The notes beneath the pieces are model-generated. The model searched no databases. It worked only from the letters and a program-made list of their open reading frames with translations, and was not told the origin of the DNA. A DNA stretch of 64,000 nt from an uncultured bacterium (lineage in GTDB: Bacteria; Verrucomicrobiota; Verrucomicrobiia; Limisphaerales; UBA8199). Shown one piece after another: positions 9,534 to 17,783 of the stretch (positions are counted from its first letter, which is position 1; each line of letters starts with the position of its first letter). Location: the NCBI GenBank assembly GCA_963749495.1, contig CAVVMW010000014.1, positions 160,001-224,000 of the forward strand, written 5' to 3'. Made by a program: the position numbers and the translations under genes.

Positions 9534-11008
9534 GGTTGGGGAGAGGGCGGGTTGGGGTCATAGGGACTCAAGTCGGCCGGGGGCAGGTCCAGTTCCAAGA
9601 GGTCCTGCCGGCGGGTCAGGTGCAAGGGCGAGGGCGCCACGGCGTGGCGCTCGCGTTGTTCCAACAGGTTGGCGATGTATTCGCAGCCGTACGCATCGAA
9701 GGTCAGGGCGTCCTGGAGGGCGCGGGCCACTTTATCGGGGCCGTAGAGTTGGCTCAACGCGACGATCTTTTGGATGTGATGGGGAGCGTTGAAGCGTTTT
9801 TCCCGGAGTTTACGGCCGTAGAGTTCGGCCTGCGGTCCCAGGCTCAGGAACGCTTGCAGGCAGGTTTGGTCGCGGGCGCGGTGACGCTGCGTCAGGAGTT
9901 CCTGGATATGGTCGGGGTTGCGGATGTCCTGGCGGCGGTCGTAGCCGCGCAGGTGGGTAGCGATCAGCTTTTCGTGGTGATAGCAGAGCACTTGGTCAGG
10001 ATAGATTTTGAGGCTCAGTTGCTGGGAGGCATAGAGGTGAGGCACGGTGTAGCGATTGGTCTCAAAAACGACGCGGCAACAACTGTTGGCGCTGGTGGGC
10101 CGGACGACTCCGCAGTCATAAGGACGGAGCGGCAGGGCTTTGAGCAGGGGCTTTTCCTGAGCAAACCGTTCCAGGGGTTTGACGTGGGTCTCGCCGTGGA
10201 TACGCACGTTGGCCACGGTATCCTGCCACTGCCGGGCGGCGGGATTGACGGCCTCGAAGGAGGGGATCTGCAAACCGCTCAGGAAGTTCTTTTTGACGTA
10301 GCCCACGCCATTTTCCACGCGCCCTTTTTCGTTCGCCTTTTTGACCTGGCAGGCGACGGGGACGAAGCCATGGTGGGCGGCGAAGTCCAGGTAGCGCGGG
10401 TTGAAACGGGCCGCAGCGCCCAGCGGATGTTCGAGCACCCCGACCTTGAGATTATCGATCATGACTTTAGCGGGGATGCCCCCGAAGAACTCGAAGGCAT
10501 GGCGGTGGCAGGAGAGGAACTGTTCCATGCCTTCGGAGAGGGTAAACTCCACATAGATGAGGCGGCTGAAGCACAGGACCATCACGAAGAAGCTCAAGCG
10601 CCGTCTGGTAGAGCCGACGGTGACGGAGCCGAAGCTGCCCCAATCGACCTGCGCGCATTCCCCCGGAGCAAACTCCAGCATCAGGAAGGCGGGTTTGCGC
10701 ATCGGGCGCACCAGGCGGACAAACTCCTTGAGGATGCTGTAACCGCCAGCGTAGCCCTGGGGTTTGAGTTCCTGGAGGATTTGCTGAGCGCTGTAAGGAT
10801 GACGTTCCAGCAGGCCAACAATCCGGCCCTTGAACGCGTCGAGCTTACTGGGGCGTTTGCCGCCTCGGCGTTGGTGATAGCTGGTCTGCTCCGCCCACTT
10901 GGCGACGGTTTTGGGGTCCAGTTGAAGTTCCACCGCAACCTGGGCGGCAGTGAGATGCTTTTCATCCAAGAGCACTCGAAGCTGGCAGAAGGTGGGGTAA
11001 TCGATCAT
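9530..11008 (-). CDS. istA: IS21 DDE transposase
   Basis: PGECAQVDWG, DNLKVGV, EKGRVENGVGY, NVRIHGET; start ATG 11008. Confidence 0.95.
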   Translation of the reverse strand: MIDYPTFCQLRVLLDEKHLTAAQVAVELQLDPKTVAKWAEQTSYHQRRGGKRPSKLDAFKGRIVGLLERHPYSAQQILQELKPQGYAGGYSILKEFVRLVRPMRKPAFLMLEFAPGECAQVDWGSFGSVTVGSTRRRLSFFVMVLCFSRLIYVEFTLSEGMEQFLSCHRHAFEFFGGIPAKVMIDNLKVGVLEHPLGAAARFNPRYLDFAAHHGFVPVACQVKKANEKGRVENGVGYVKKNFLSGLQIPSFEAVNPAARQWQDTVANVRIHGETHVKPLERFAQEKPLLKALPLRPYDCGVVRPTSANSCCRVVFETNRYTVPHLYASQQLSLKIYPDQVLCYHHEKLIATHLRGYDRRQDIRNPDHIQELLTQRHRARDQTCLQAFLSLGPQAELYGRKLREKRFNAPHHIQKIVALSQLYGPDKVARALQDALTFDAYGCEYIANLLEQRERHAVAPSPLHLTRRQDLLELDLPPADLSPYDPNPPSPQP

Positions 11009-11406
11009 GGCCGACCTCCCGCCAAGGCCCGGCGCAGGATGTCGCCCACGCACTGAGCTTGCTCGCTGCGAGGTGCGTCCGGGGCCACCGGCTCGGAGGA
11101 GACCTCCGGCAGGGCCAGCACCTGGTAGAGAGGTTTTTGATAGGCGATGAGCCCGGCCCGCTCCAATTGCTGACGCGCTGAGGCCAGTTCCAACGGATCC
11201 AGCTTGAGCTGCCGCCCCAGGGCCGCCTCGGAGTAGTAACTCAGGCCTTGGGCGTCGCCGACAGTGACCAGGAACAGGTAGAGAGCCCAGGCCCGGTGGT
11301 CGCAGGTTTTCAGATGGTGGTGACGAATCAACCGGTGGTCCACCCAGCTAAAACTGCTGGGGACCTCACGGAGCCGATTGGGTCGGAGGAGACGTTTGAT
11401 GATCAT
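11005..11406 (-). CDS. IS21-associated accessory protein, possible winged helix
   Basis: Overlaps the istA start (ATGA); FSWVDHRL...LYLFLVTVGDAQGLSYYS...ARQQLERAGLIAY. Confidence 0.75.
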   Translation of the reverse strand: MIIKRLLRPNRLREVPSSFSWVDHRLIRHHHLKTCDHRAWALYLFLVTVGDAQGLSYYSEAALGRQLKLDPLELASARQQLERAGLIAYQKPLYQVLALPEVSSEPVAPDAPRSEQAQCVGDILRRALAGGRP

Positions 11407-11914
11407 AATCAGAACATGGTTTTTCGTTGCGTTGCTCTGGAAGCACCCGCCCCAGAATGATGCAACCCTGTTCTATCAGGCGGCGGATCAAAGGCTGGAT
11501 GTCATCTTGTAACGTACTGCCCGCAAACATCGAGAGCAGTCCGATAAACGCGGGCTCCTGTGCCAGGCAGAAATCTTGTAACGTACGGGGCAGAGGTCTC
11601 GGTACGTTACGAGATGTCTGCTCGGGGTTAACCGCTTCTGCCTCAATTGGTTGAGTGCCTTCAGACGCAGGGGTTTTCCGCTTCCAATACCCTGGATGAG
11701 CCTTGCGCCAAGCCCGCACCCGGTCGGTGCCTTCGCCCTGCCGAAAGTGCGAAAGATTTTTGGGTTGGCGATACCAGCGCCGCTGGCTGGCGAGCTTGCT
11801 GGCCCGGCGGCAATCCGGTTTTTCGCAGTAGCGTTGATGCTTCCGGTTCCGGTAATCCGGGAAGAAAAACGCGTTGCAACACTGGCACTTACGTCGCTTG
11901 GACTTTGGGCTCAT
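11366..11914 (-). CDS. IS21-associated Cys-rich accessory protein
   Basis: CxxC...QRYC...C motif, basic segment, lies inside the IS21 ends. Confidence 0.7.
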   Translation of the reverse strand: MSPKSKRRKCQCCNAFFFPDYRNRKHQRYCEKPDCRRASKLASQRRWYRQPKNLSHFRQGEGTDRVRAWRKAHPGYWKRKTPASEGTQPIEAEAVNPEQTSRNVPRPLPRTLQDFCLAQEPAFIGLLSMFAGSTLQDDIQPLIRRLIEQGCIILGRVLPEQRNEKPCSDYDHQTSPPTQSAP

Positions 11915-12213
11915 CGCGCCCCAACAGCAACACAGCCGCCGAGCGGATCAAAACAAAACAATCGGCCCGAAGAAGAACCAAGGCGAAGAAGCAAGAAGAG
12001 CTCTCAGGAGAATAGCCGGAAGAAAAGACCAGGGAAGAAGAAGGGAATTTCAAACCAGCGGTTTTCCGGGAATATCACTCCGCCGCTGGCATTTAGTCCT
12101 GAATCAAATCTCGACGCCGGATGCATGAGCAAAAACACGAGAAAATGCGGATCGGGAAAGGAATCTATTTGGCTTAAAGTCTCTTCTAACAATACTGCCG
12201 AAAGGGGATGTCG

Positions 12214-12355
12214 CTGATAGGAAATTGCTTTTTTGCCGCCCAGCCGGTCAATGACGCTGCGCGGGTGAGGGAGAATTGGTTTCCGGTGTCACTCATTCTG
12301 CGCCCATGGTGCTAGACGGGAACGGGGGTGTCAAGCGGCAGATTTTGCCGGTTTT
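12214..12355 (-). mobile_element. Putative 3' terminus of the IS91-like element with an outward TTGACA promoter motif
   Basis: Lies downstream of the transposase, ends AAAAAGCAATTTCCTATCAG on the minus strand, and has a homologous copy at 7035-7175. Confidence 0.6.
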
Positions 12356-12523
12356 GGCCGGTTTCGGCGCAGGATGGGGGTGCCGGAGGGTGGCCGCGCC
12401 TGAGGGCCGGCTCGGCGGCTGAAACTCGCGGGGCAGGGGTGCCGGCCGTGTGCCGAGCGGGCCGGGAAGATGCCCCCGCCAGGAAAAGGCCCGCCTCCGA
12501 ACCGGCCTTCCAGAGGACGATTC

Positions 12524-13336
12524 TCAGTCCGTGAGCACGTTTTCGTAGTCTGGGGTCGGATCCACGTCGTCACAGGGCTCGTAGGTGTAAGGCCCTGGAG
12601 TGGCAGGAGGGGCCAGGGCGGCGGGCGGATCGTGCCAGGCGCCGAGGTGGCGAAGGATCTTCTCGACCAGGCGCGGGTCGTCAATCACCGCGATGACGCG
12701 CATCGGGTTTTGGGAGACGGGACAGCGGAGGGGATCAGCATGCCAGACGCGGAGGATGAGGCCGCGCCATTTCTTGGAGGGCAGCTTCACCGGCGGTGGC
12801 GGTGAAATGCCCGGGCGGTGCGGGGCCAGTTCCGGCGGCAGCCCTCGGTGACGGACGCCGCGCATCTTGTTGCTGTACCAGCCGTAGTAGCGGACCATCT
12901 GGGCGCCTTTGTCGGGAATGTGCTGGGTGATGGCGGCCAGAAAGTCGGTGGGCGTAAAGACCTCGAAGTTGCGGTTGATCTTGGCATTGAGCCGGGAGCG
13001 GTAGATGACGGTGTCGCCGGGAGATTCCAGGGTCATCTTCTCAACGGAGAAGGGGTTGTGCAGGATGTATTGGGGAAGGTATTCGCCAAAGGTGTGAAGT
13101 GTCATGATAACGCCCGGCATGCCATTGGGGCAGTCAAGGGCCGTGCGAAGGTATTCGGTGAGGCTCTCGTGGGCCAGGGCGCAGAGCGGCTTGAGCAATT
13201 GGTAAGCCTCTGGGTAAATCTCCTCGAATTCGTCGTAGTGGCGGCGGGCGCACTGCCAGAGCGGCGACTTTTTCGGATTTCTGGCGCGATAAACTTGCAT
13301 TGAACCGGACGCCAGCGTAATGGCGACCTCTGCCAT
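12524..13336 (-). pseudogene. IS91-like (Y2/HUH) transposase with in-frame internal deletions
   Basis: PGVIMTLHTFGEY, FLAAITQHIPDKGAQMVRYYGWYSN and DPLRCP...MRVIAVI...KILRHLG present; HUH (HPH) motif and Cys-rich Zn domain missing. Confidence 0.8.
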
Positions 13337-13467
13337 CGAACGTCACAGGTCCAAAAAGATGAGAGCCGGCACTCGCCCCCAATACCACAGGCCTGACGCC
13401 TGCCGGGAAAGCCCTTGCATTGTGCATTTTCGAGTGACAGCACGGGCGGGGCAGCCACAATGGGACC

Positions 13468-13560
13468 ATGCCGCGCCAACTGCGCATTCAGTTTCCGGGT
13501 GCCGTGTGCCATCTAATGAGCTGTGGGGATCGGCGCGATGACATTCACAAAGACCCGCCA
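13468..13560 (+). pseudogene. N-terminal remnant of a REP-associated tyrosine transposase (RAYT, IS200-like)
   Basis: MPRQLRIQFPGAVCHLMSCGDRRDDI resembles the RAYT N-terminus MPRxLRIEYPGAxYHVMSRGDRRExIF; homology stops after ~27 codons. Confidence 0.75.
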
Positions 13561-14374
13561 TTGCCGCTTCGCGGGCGGCCAAAATCCACCCCATTCGATA
13601 GCCGGCCCAAGCGTAAAAACTCCGCATTGTCCGAACAGTCCGCGCTGTCCCTGGACAGGAGCGGTGGAAGCTGCGCAAAGTGGCGTCCATGAGAAATTCC
13701 AGCTTTCAATCCCTCCAACTGGACGGCCGCCGCCCTGAGCGCATCGAAGCCGAGGCCCAGGCCAGGCAGGCCAATGCTCCCACCATGCCGCGAGCCCTTT
13801 GGCGGTTCTGCCCGGCGCGAAGCGCTCGTCTTCACTTTAGCCTTTCCTCCCTCCGCAGTCCCGATAGGATCGGGACGGAGGACGGGCAGCCTTTAGCCTT
13901 GTAAAATGCTCCTCCGCGAAAGAAAGTTGCCGCATAGTCCTCATAGTCCGCATAGTCCTTGGACGCCCAGGCTCGTCCGAGGCCAGACTTGCCGCATGAC
14001 GGTCAAGATGCGGGCCAGGACCCCCACAGGCCGGCCACCGCAGGAGGGCCACAGAGTTCATGAACCCCCATGCCCGCGAACCCTCGCGACTCCGGCACAT
14101 TGCGGCAGATTACCGCAAACCAACGCAAATTCGGGCAAATTCCCAGAAATTCCCAGAAATTCCCACAGATTTTCCCCATGTTCAACCGCGCCTCGGCAGG
14201 GTCAGGCCCGCCTGCGCATCGAGTGCAACGTGAGTTCGCACCCGTTGCGAGGCGCCTCGGAAAGTCTATGACGCTGGGCCACTGGCCGGGGCGTTGCTGG
14301 GACGCAGGCGAAGCGCGGAATGAGGCGCCCCACTCGGCCTTCCCAACGCGGCGGTGCTCTGCAAGACTTCTCCC

Positions 14375-14719
14375 ATGAGATTCCAAGTCCTCGTTGAAGA
14401 CCAGCCGCGTCCGGTCGAACTCATATTCGGGAGCGAGAAAGACGTGGCCAGGGTGAGCGGATGGCGCGCCCCGGCGGTGGCCCGCCAAAACCCAGCCGTG
14501 CGCGACACATTGGAATTCGCCCGACTCGCCTCCAAACGCTGGCGCCACTATCGCCGCTCCATTTCCACGGCGACCAGCATCGCTGAGTTCAGAGCGGTCA
14601 TCCGCCGCAACGAACAAGCTGAGGTTTCTTTCCTTCTCCTGGCGCGCGCTCACTGGTTCCCGTGCTCCTCCGCCCTCGGCCTTGCCCAATGCCGCCGCAC
14701 CTATTGCCATCAGCCTTGA
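14375..14719 (+). CDS. Hypothetical protein, probably 3'-truncated
   Basis: 114-aa ORF with protein-like composition (MRFQVLVEDQ...LAQCRRTYCH). Confidence 0.45.
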   Translation: MRFQVLVEDQPRPVELIFGSEKDVARVSGWRAPAVARQNPAVRDTLEFARLASKRWRHYRRSISTATSIAEFRAVIRRNEQAEVSFLLLARAHWFPCSSALGLAQCRRTYCHQP

Positions 14720-14744
14720 TATTCACCCGCCTCGGATCGACAGT

Positions 14745-15011
14745 ATGCCCATGACAAAAGCAGAGATGGTCAAACGGCTAAAAGAGGGTTGCGAGGCCGA
14801 GCCCTATTTTCCTGGCGTGCTGGGCAATCCTGTCACGTTCGCGGCGCGCTGGGGGCTGCGGTTGTCGAAAAGCTACGTCGCCCACTTGGCGGCCAGGCGG
14901 CGTGCAGACGCCAACGGCAAACCTGCTCGCGCCCGCCAGCGGAAGACTGCCAAAGGCGGACGATCCTCTGCGGCAGTGCATGGGTGTCGCCGAGGGCGGC
15001 GCGCATTTTGA
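14745..15011 (+). CDS. Small basic hypothetical protein
   Basis: MPMTKAEMVKRLKEGCEAEPYFPGVLGNP...; preceded by TTGATA...CAGTAT promoter-like motifs. Confidence 0.45.
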   Translation: MPMTKAEMVKRLKEGCEAEPYFPGVLGNPVTFAARWGLRLSKSYVAHLAARRRADANGKPARARQRKTAKGGRSSAAVHGCRRGRRAF

Positions 15012-15017
15012 CAGAGG

Positions 15018-15054
15018 CGCGGAATGACGAATGACGAATGACGAATGACGAATG
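15018..15054. repeat. Heptamer tandem repeat (GAATGAC)n
   Basis: gcggaatgacgaatgacgaatgacgaatgacgaatg. Confidence 0.9.
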
Positions 15055-15065
15055 GGGATCTCCGA

Positions 15066-15274
15066 CCCGAAGGGCCGGCAGAGCCTAGCCCAGGGCTGAG
15101 GCCGCCTGGCCGATGCCCTGGGACCATGCCCCTGGAGGATTTAGGCGCGCCCTGAAAGGGCGCCAGAAGGGCTCTGGCGCCCTTTCAGGGCGCGGAGCCC
15201 GGGTTTGTGGCGAAACCCAGGGCATCGGCCTTGCGGCCTCAGCCCTGGGCTAGGTTCTGGCGGCCCGTTGGGCC
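15066..15274. repeat. Large nested inverted repeat (REP-like)
   Basis: cctagcccagggctgaggccgc...ggccgatgccctggg pairs with cccagggcatcggcc...gcggcctcagccctgggctagg, around an inner cgccctgaaagggcgccaga/tctggcgccctttcagggcg. Confidence 0.85.
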
Positions 15275-15333
15275 GCAAATCCCTCTCATTTTGGGATGGC
15301 CGAAACCTCGCGGGTCGGCTATACGCATGGGGC

Positions 15334-17553
15334 ATGACAATCCGACTTTCGACCCATGGCGTCTTGCTCGCGGCATTCGTCTCTGCCATTGCGGCCGCTT
15401 CGATGGCGGGGCCTGTCCCGCGGGTCCTGCCCGAAGGCAAGCAGCCCGATGACGCGCGGCTGCAGCCGCTCAAGGACCTGGACGGCTACTTTCCGTTCAA
15501 TCCGCCGGGGTCCAAGGCCGAGTGGGAGAAGCGCGCGGAACGGGTGCGGCGCCAGATCCTGGTCTCGGAAGGGCTGTGGCCCATGCCGACCCGGACCCCG
15601 CTCAATGCGGTCGTCCACGGGCGGATCGACCGCGGCGACTTCACGGTCGAGAAGGTCTATTTCGAGAGCGCGCCGGGCTTCTTCGTCACCGGCAACCTGT
15701 ATCGTCCCAAGCACGTTGCCGGCAAGGTGCCCGGAGTCCTGTTCGCCCACGGGCATTGGACCAATGCGCGGCTCTCGTTTGCGAGCGCCGACGAGTTGCG
15801 GCACGAGATCGCCGAGGGAGAGGAGCGGTTCGAGGAGGGGGGCCAAAGCCGCTTCCAATCGATGTGCGTTCAGCTTGCGCGCATGGGCTGCGTGGTCTGG
15901 CAGTGGGACATGCTGGGCAACTCGGATTCGCAGCAGCTTTCGCTGGAACTGGTCCACGGTTTCTCCAAACAGCGGCCGGAGATGAACACGACGGAGAATT
16001 GGGGCCTGTTCAGCCCGCAGGCCGAGGCGCACCTGCAGAGCGCGATGGGCCTCCAGACGTGGAACTCGATTCGCTCGCTGGACTTCCTGCTGAGCCTGCC
16101 GGAGGTGGATGCGGAGCGCGTCGCCGTCACGGGCGCCAGCGGCGGGGGCACTCAAACCATGATCCTCGCCGCCATCGACCCCCGCGTGAAGCTCTCCTTC
16201 CCGGCAGTCATGGTCAGCACCGCGATGCAGGGCGGCTGCACTTGCGAAAACGCCTGCCTCCTGCGCGTGGACACCGGCAACGTCGAGTTTGCCGCCCTGG
16301 TTGCCCCCAAACCCCAGGGCATGACCTGCGCCGACGACTGGACCAAGGAGATGTCCACAAAGGGCTTTCCCCAACTCAAGCAACTTTACGCCCTGATGGG
16401 CGCCCCGGATAATGTGATGCTCAAGCGCGGCGAGCACTTCCCGCACAACTACAACGCCGTCTCTCGTTCCGCCTTTTTCACCTGGCTCAACCGCCACTTC
16501 AAACTCGGCCTCGCCGAACCGGTCATCGAGCGCGATTACCAGGTCCTCAAACGCGAGGAACTCACCGTCTGGGATGAGCAGCATCCCGCCCCCAAAGCGG
16601 CCGGCCCCGCCTTCGAGCGCCAATTGCTGCGCTGGTTCCATGAGGACGCCCAGAAGCAACTCGCCGCCCAAGAGGCCGCGCCCGAGCGGTTCCGCCGGGC
16701 CTGCCTCGGCGGCTGGGACATTGTGCTGGGCTCCCGCTGGCCCGAGGCCCGTCCGGTGGAGTGCCACGTTGTCACTCAAACCGACCGCGGCTCCTGGAGC
16801 CAGGCCAGCCTGTTGCTCCGCAACGACACCTGCCACGAGGAACTCCCGGCCATCGTTTGCTCCCCCAAACAGGAAAACGGCCAGGCCCCCGACAACCAGG
16901 TCGTGCTCTGGCTCAGCGCCCAAGGCAAATCGGCCCTCTTCGCCCAGGACGGCTCGCTTGACCCGGGCGTGGAGAAACTGGTCAAATCGGGCGCGATGGT
17001 CGTGGGTGTGGACCTGCTCTACCAGGGCGAGTTTCTCGCCGACGGCAAGCCTTTGACGCGCACGCCGCAGGTCAAGAACCCGCGCGAAGCGGCCGCATAT
17101 ACGTTCGGCTACAACTACAGCCTGTTCGTTCACCGGGTGCATGACGTGCTCACGGTGATCAGTTTCCTCACCAATCCGCGGACCGCGCACCGGGTGAGCG
17201 TCGTTGGCCTGGGCGGCGCCGGGCCGTGGGTGGCGGCGGCGCGCGCGCTGTGCGGCAGCGCCATCGACCTGGCGATCATCGACACCGCCGGCTTCCGGTT
17301 TGGCGGCGTGCTGGACATTCACGACCCGAACTTCGTGCCCGGCGGGGCCAAGTACGGCGACCTGCCGGCCCTGCTGGCGCTGGGCGCTCCGGGCCGCACC
17401 TGGGTGGCAGGAGAGACGGAGGAGGGATTGGCCCTGGCGCGCGACCAATACCGGGCCGCCAACGCGGAGAAGAACCTAATGCCCATTGCTGCGCAAGGCC
17501 AGGACATCCGCGCAGCCGCCATCGAATGTCTGCTGCGCGGAGACGGGAGGTAA
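15334..17553 (+). CDS. Secreted alpha/beta-hydrolase (acetylxylan-esterase-like, two-domain)
   Basis: Signal peptide; EKVYFESAPG, HGHW, TGASGGGTQT nucleophile elbow, MQGGCTCEN, HNYN. Confidence 0.85.
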   Translation: MTIRLSTHGVLLAAFVSAIAAASMAGPVPRVLPEGKQPDDARLQPLKDLDGYFPFNPPGSKAEWEKRAERVRRQILVSEGLWPMPTRTPLNAVVHGRIDRGDFTVEKVYFESAPGFFVTGNLYRPKHVAGKVPGVLFAHGHWTNARLSFASADELRHEIAEGEERFEEGGQSRFQSMCVQLARMGCVVWQWDMLGNSDSQQLSLELVHGFSKQRPEMNTTENWGLFSPQAEAHLQSAMGLQTWNSIRSLDFLLSLPEVDAERVAVTGASGGGTQTMILAAIDPRVKLSFPAVMVSTAMQGGCTCENACLLRVDTGNVEFAALVAPKPQGMTCADDWTKEMSTKGFPQLKQLYALMGAPDNVMLKRGEHFPHNYNAVSRSAFFTWLNRHFKLGLAEPVIERDYQVLKREELTVWDEQHPAPKAAGPAFERQLLRWFHEDAQKQLAAQEAAPERFRRACLGGWDIVLGSRWPEARPVECHVVTQTDRGSWSQASLLLRNDTCHEELPAIVCSPKQENGQAPDNQVVLWLSAQGKSALFAQDGSLDPGVEKLVKSGAMVVGVDLLYQGEFLADGKPLTRTPQVKNPREAAAYTFGYNYSLFVHRVHDVLTVISFLTNPRTAHRVSVVGLGGAGPWVAAARALCGSAIDLAIIDTAGFRFGGVLDIHDPNFVPGGAKYGDLPALLALGAPGRTWVAGETEEGLALARDQYRAANAEKNLMPIAAQGQDIRAAAIECLLRGDGR

Positions 17554-17783
17554 ACGGTTGACAATTATGAGCGACATTTGATACAAGCGTATCGATCAAG
17601 AACCTGCCGGTTGCGTAAACTGGCGCGCGCCGTCAAGAGGCGATACTGACGCGAGCAATGGAAGGCAGCAATGGAGATGAGTGGACCAGTTTCTCAAGGG
17701 ATCGCAGGCAGCAACTTGGCCGAAAATAAATCGTCCATATCGTGAACGAACCGGGACAACCTAACAAGGAACCGACTACTATT

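Larger units (their letters stand above)
8664..12091 (-). mobile_element. IS21-family element (3428 bp) with two accessory ORFs
   Basis: Ends TGTCAGCGGCGG and (reverse complement) TGCCAGCGGCGG; 5-bp target duplication TTTAG at 8659-8663 and 12092-12096; carries istA and istB. Confidence 0.92.

Noticed and set aside
12329..12345. TGTCAAGCGGC as an IS21 end
   Set aside because: Wrong orientation; the true end at 12091 is supported by the TTTAG duplication, and this motif is the TTGACA of the duplicated 140-bp element
17558..17600. TTGACA promoter/operator upstream of the large secreted protein
   Set aside because: Perfect -35 but no convincing -10 at proper spacing, and the palindrome is weak
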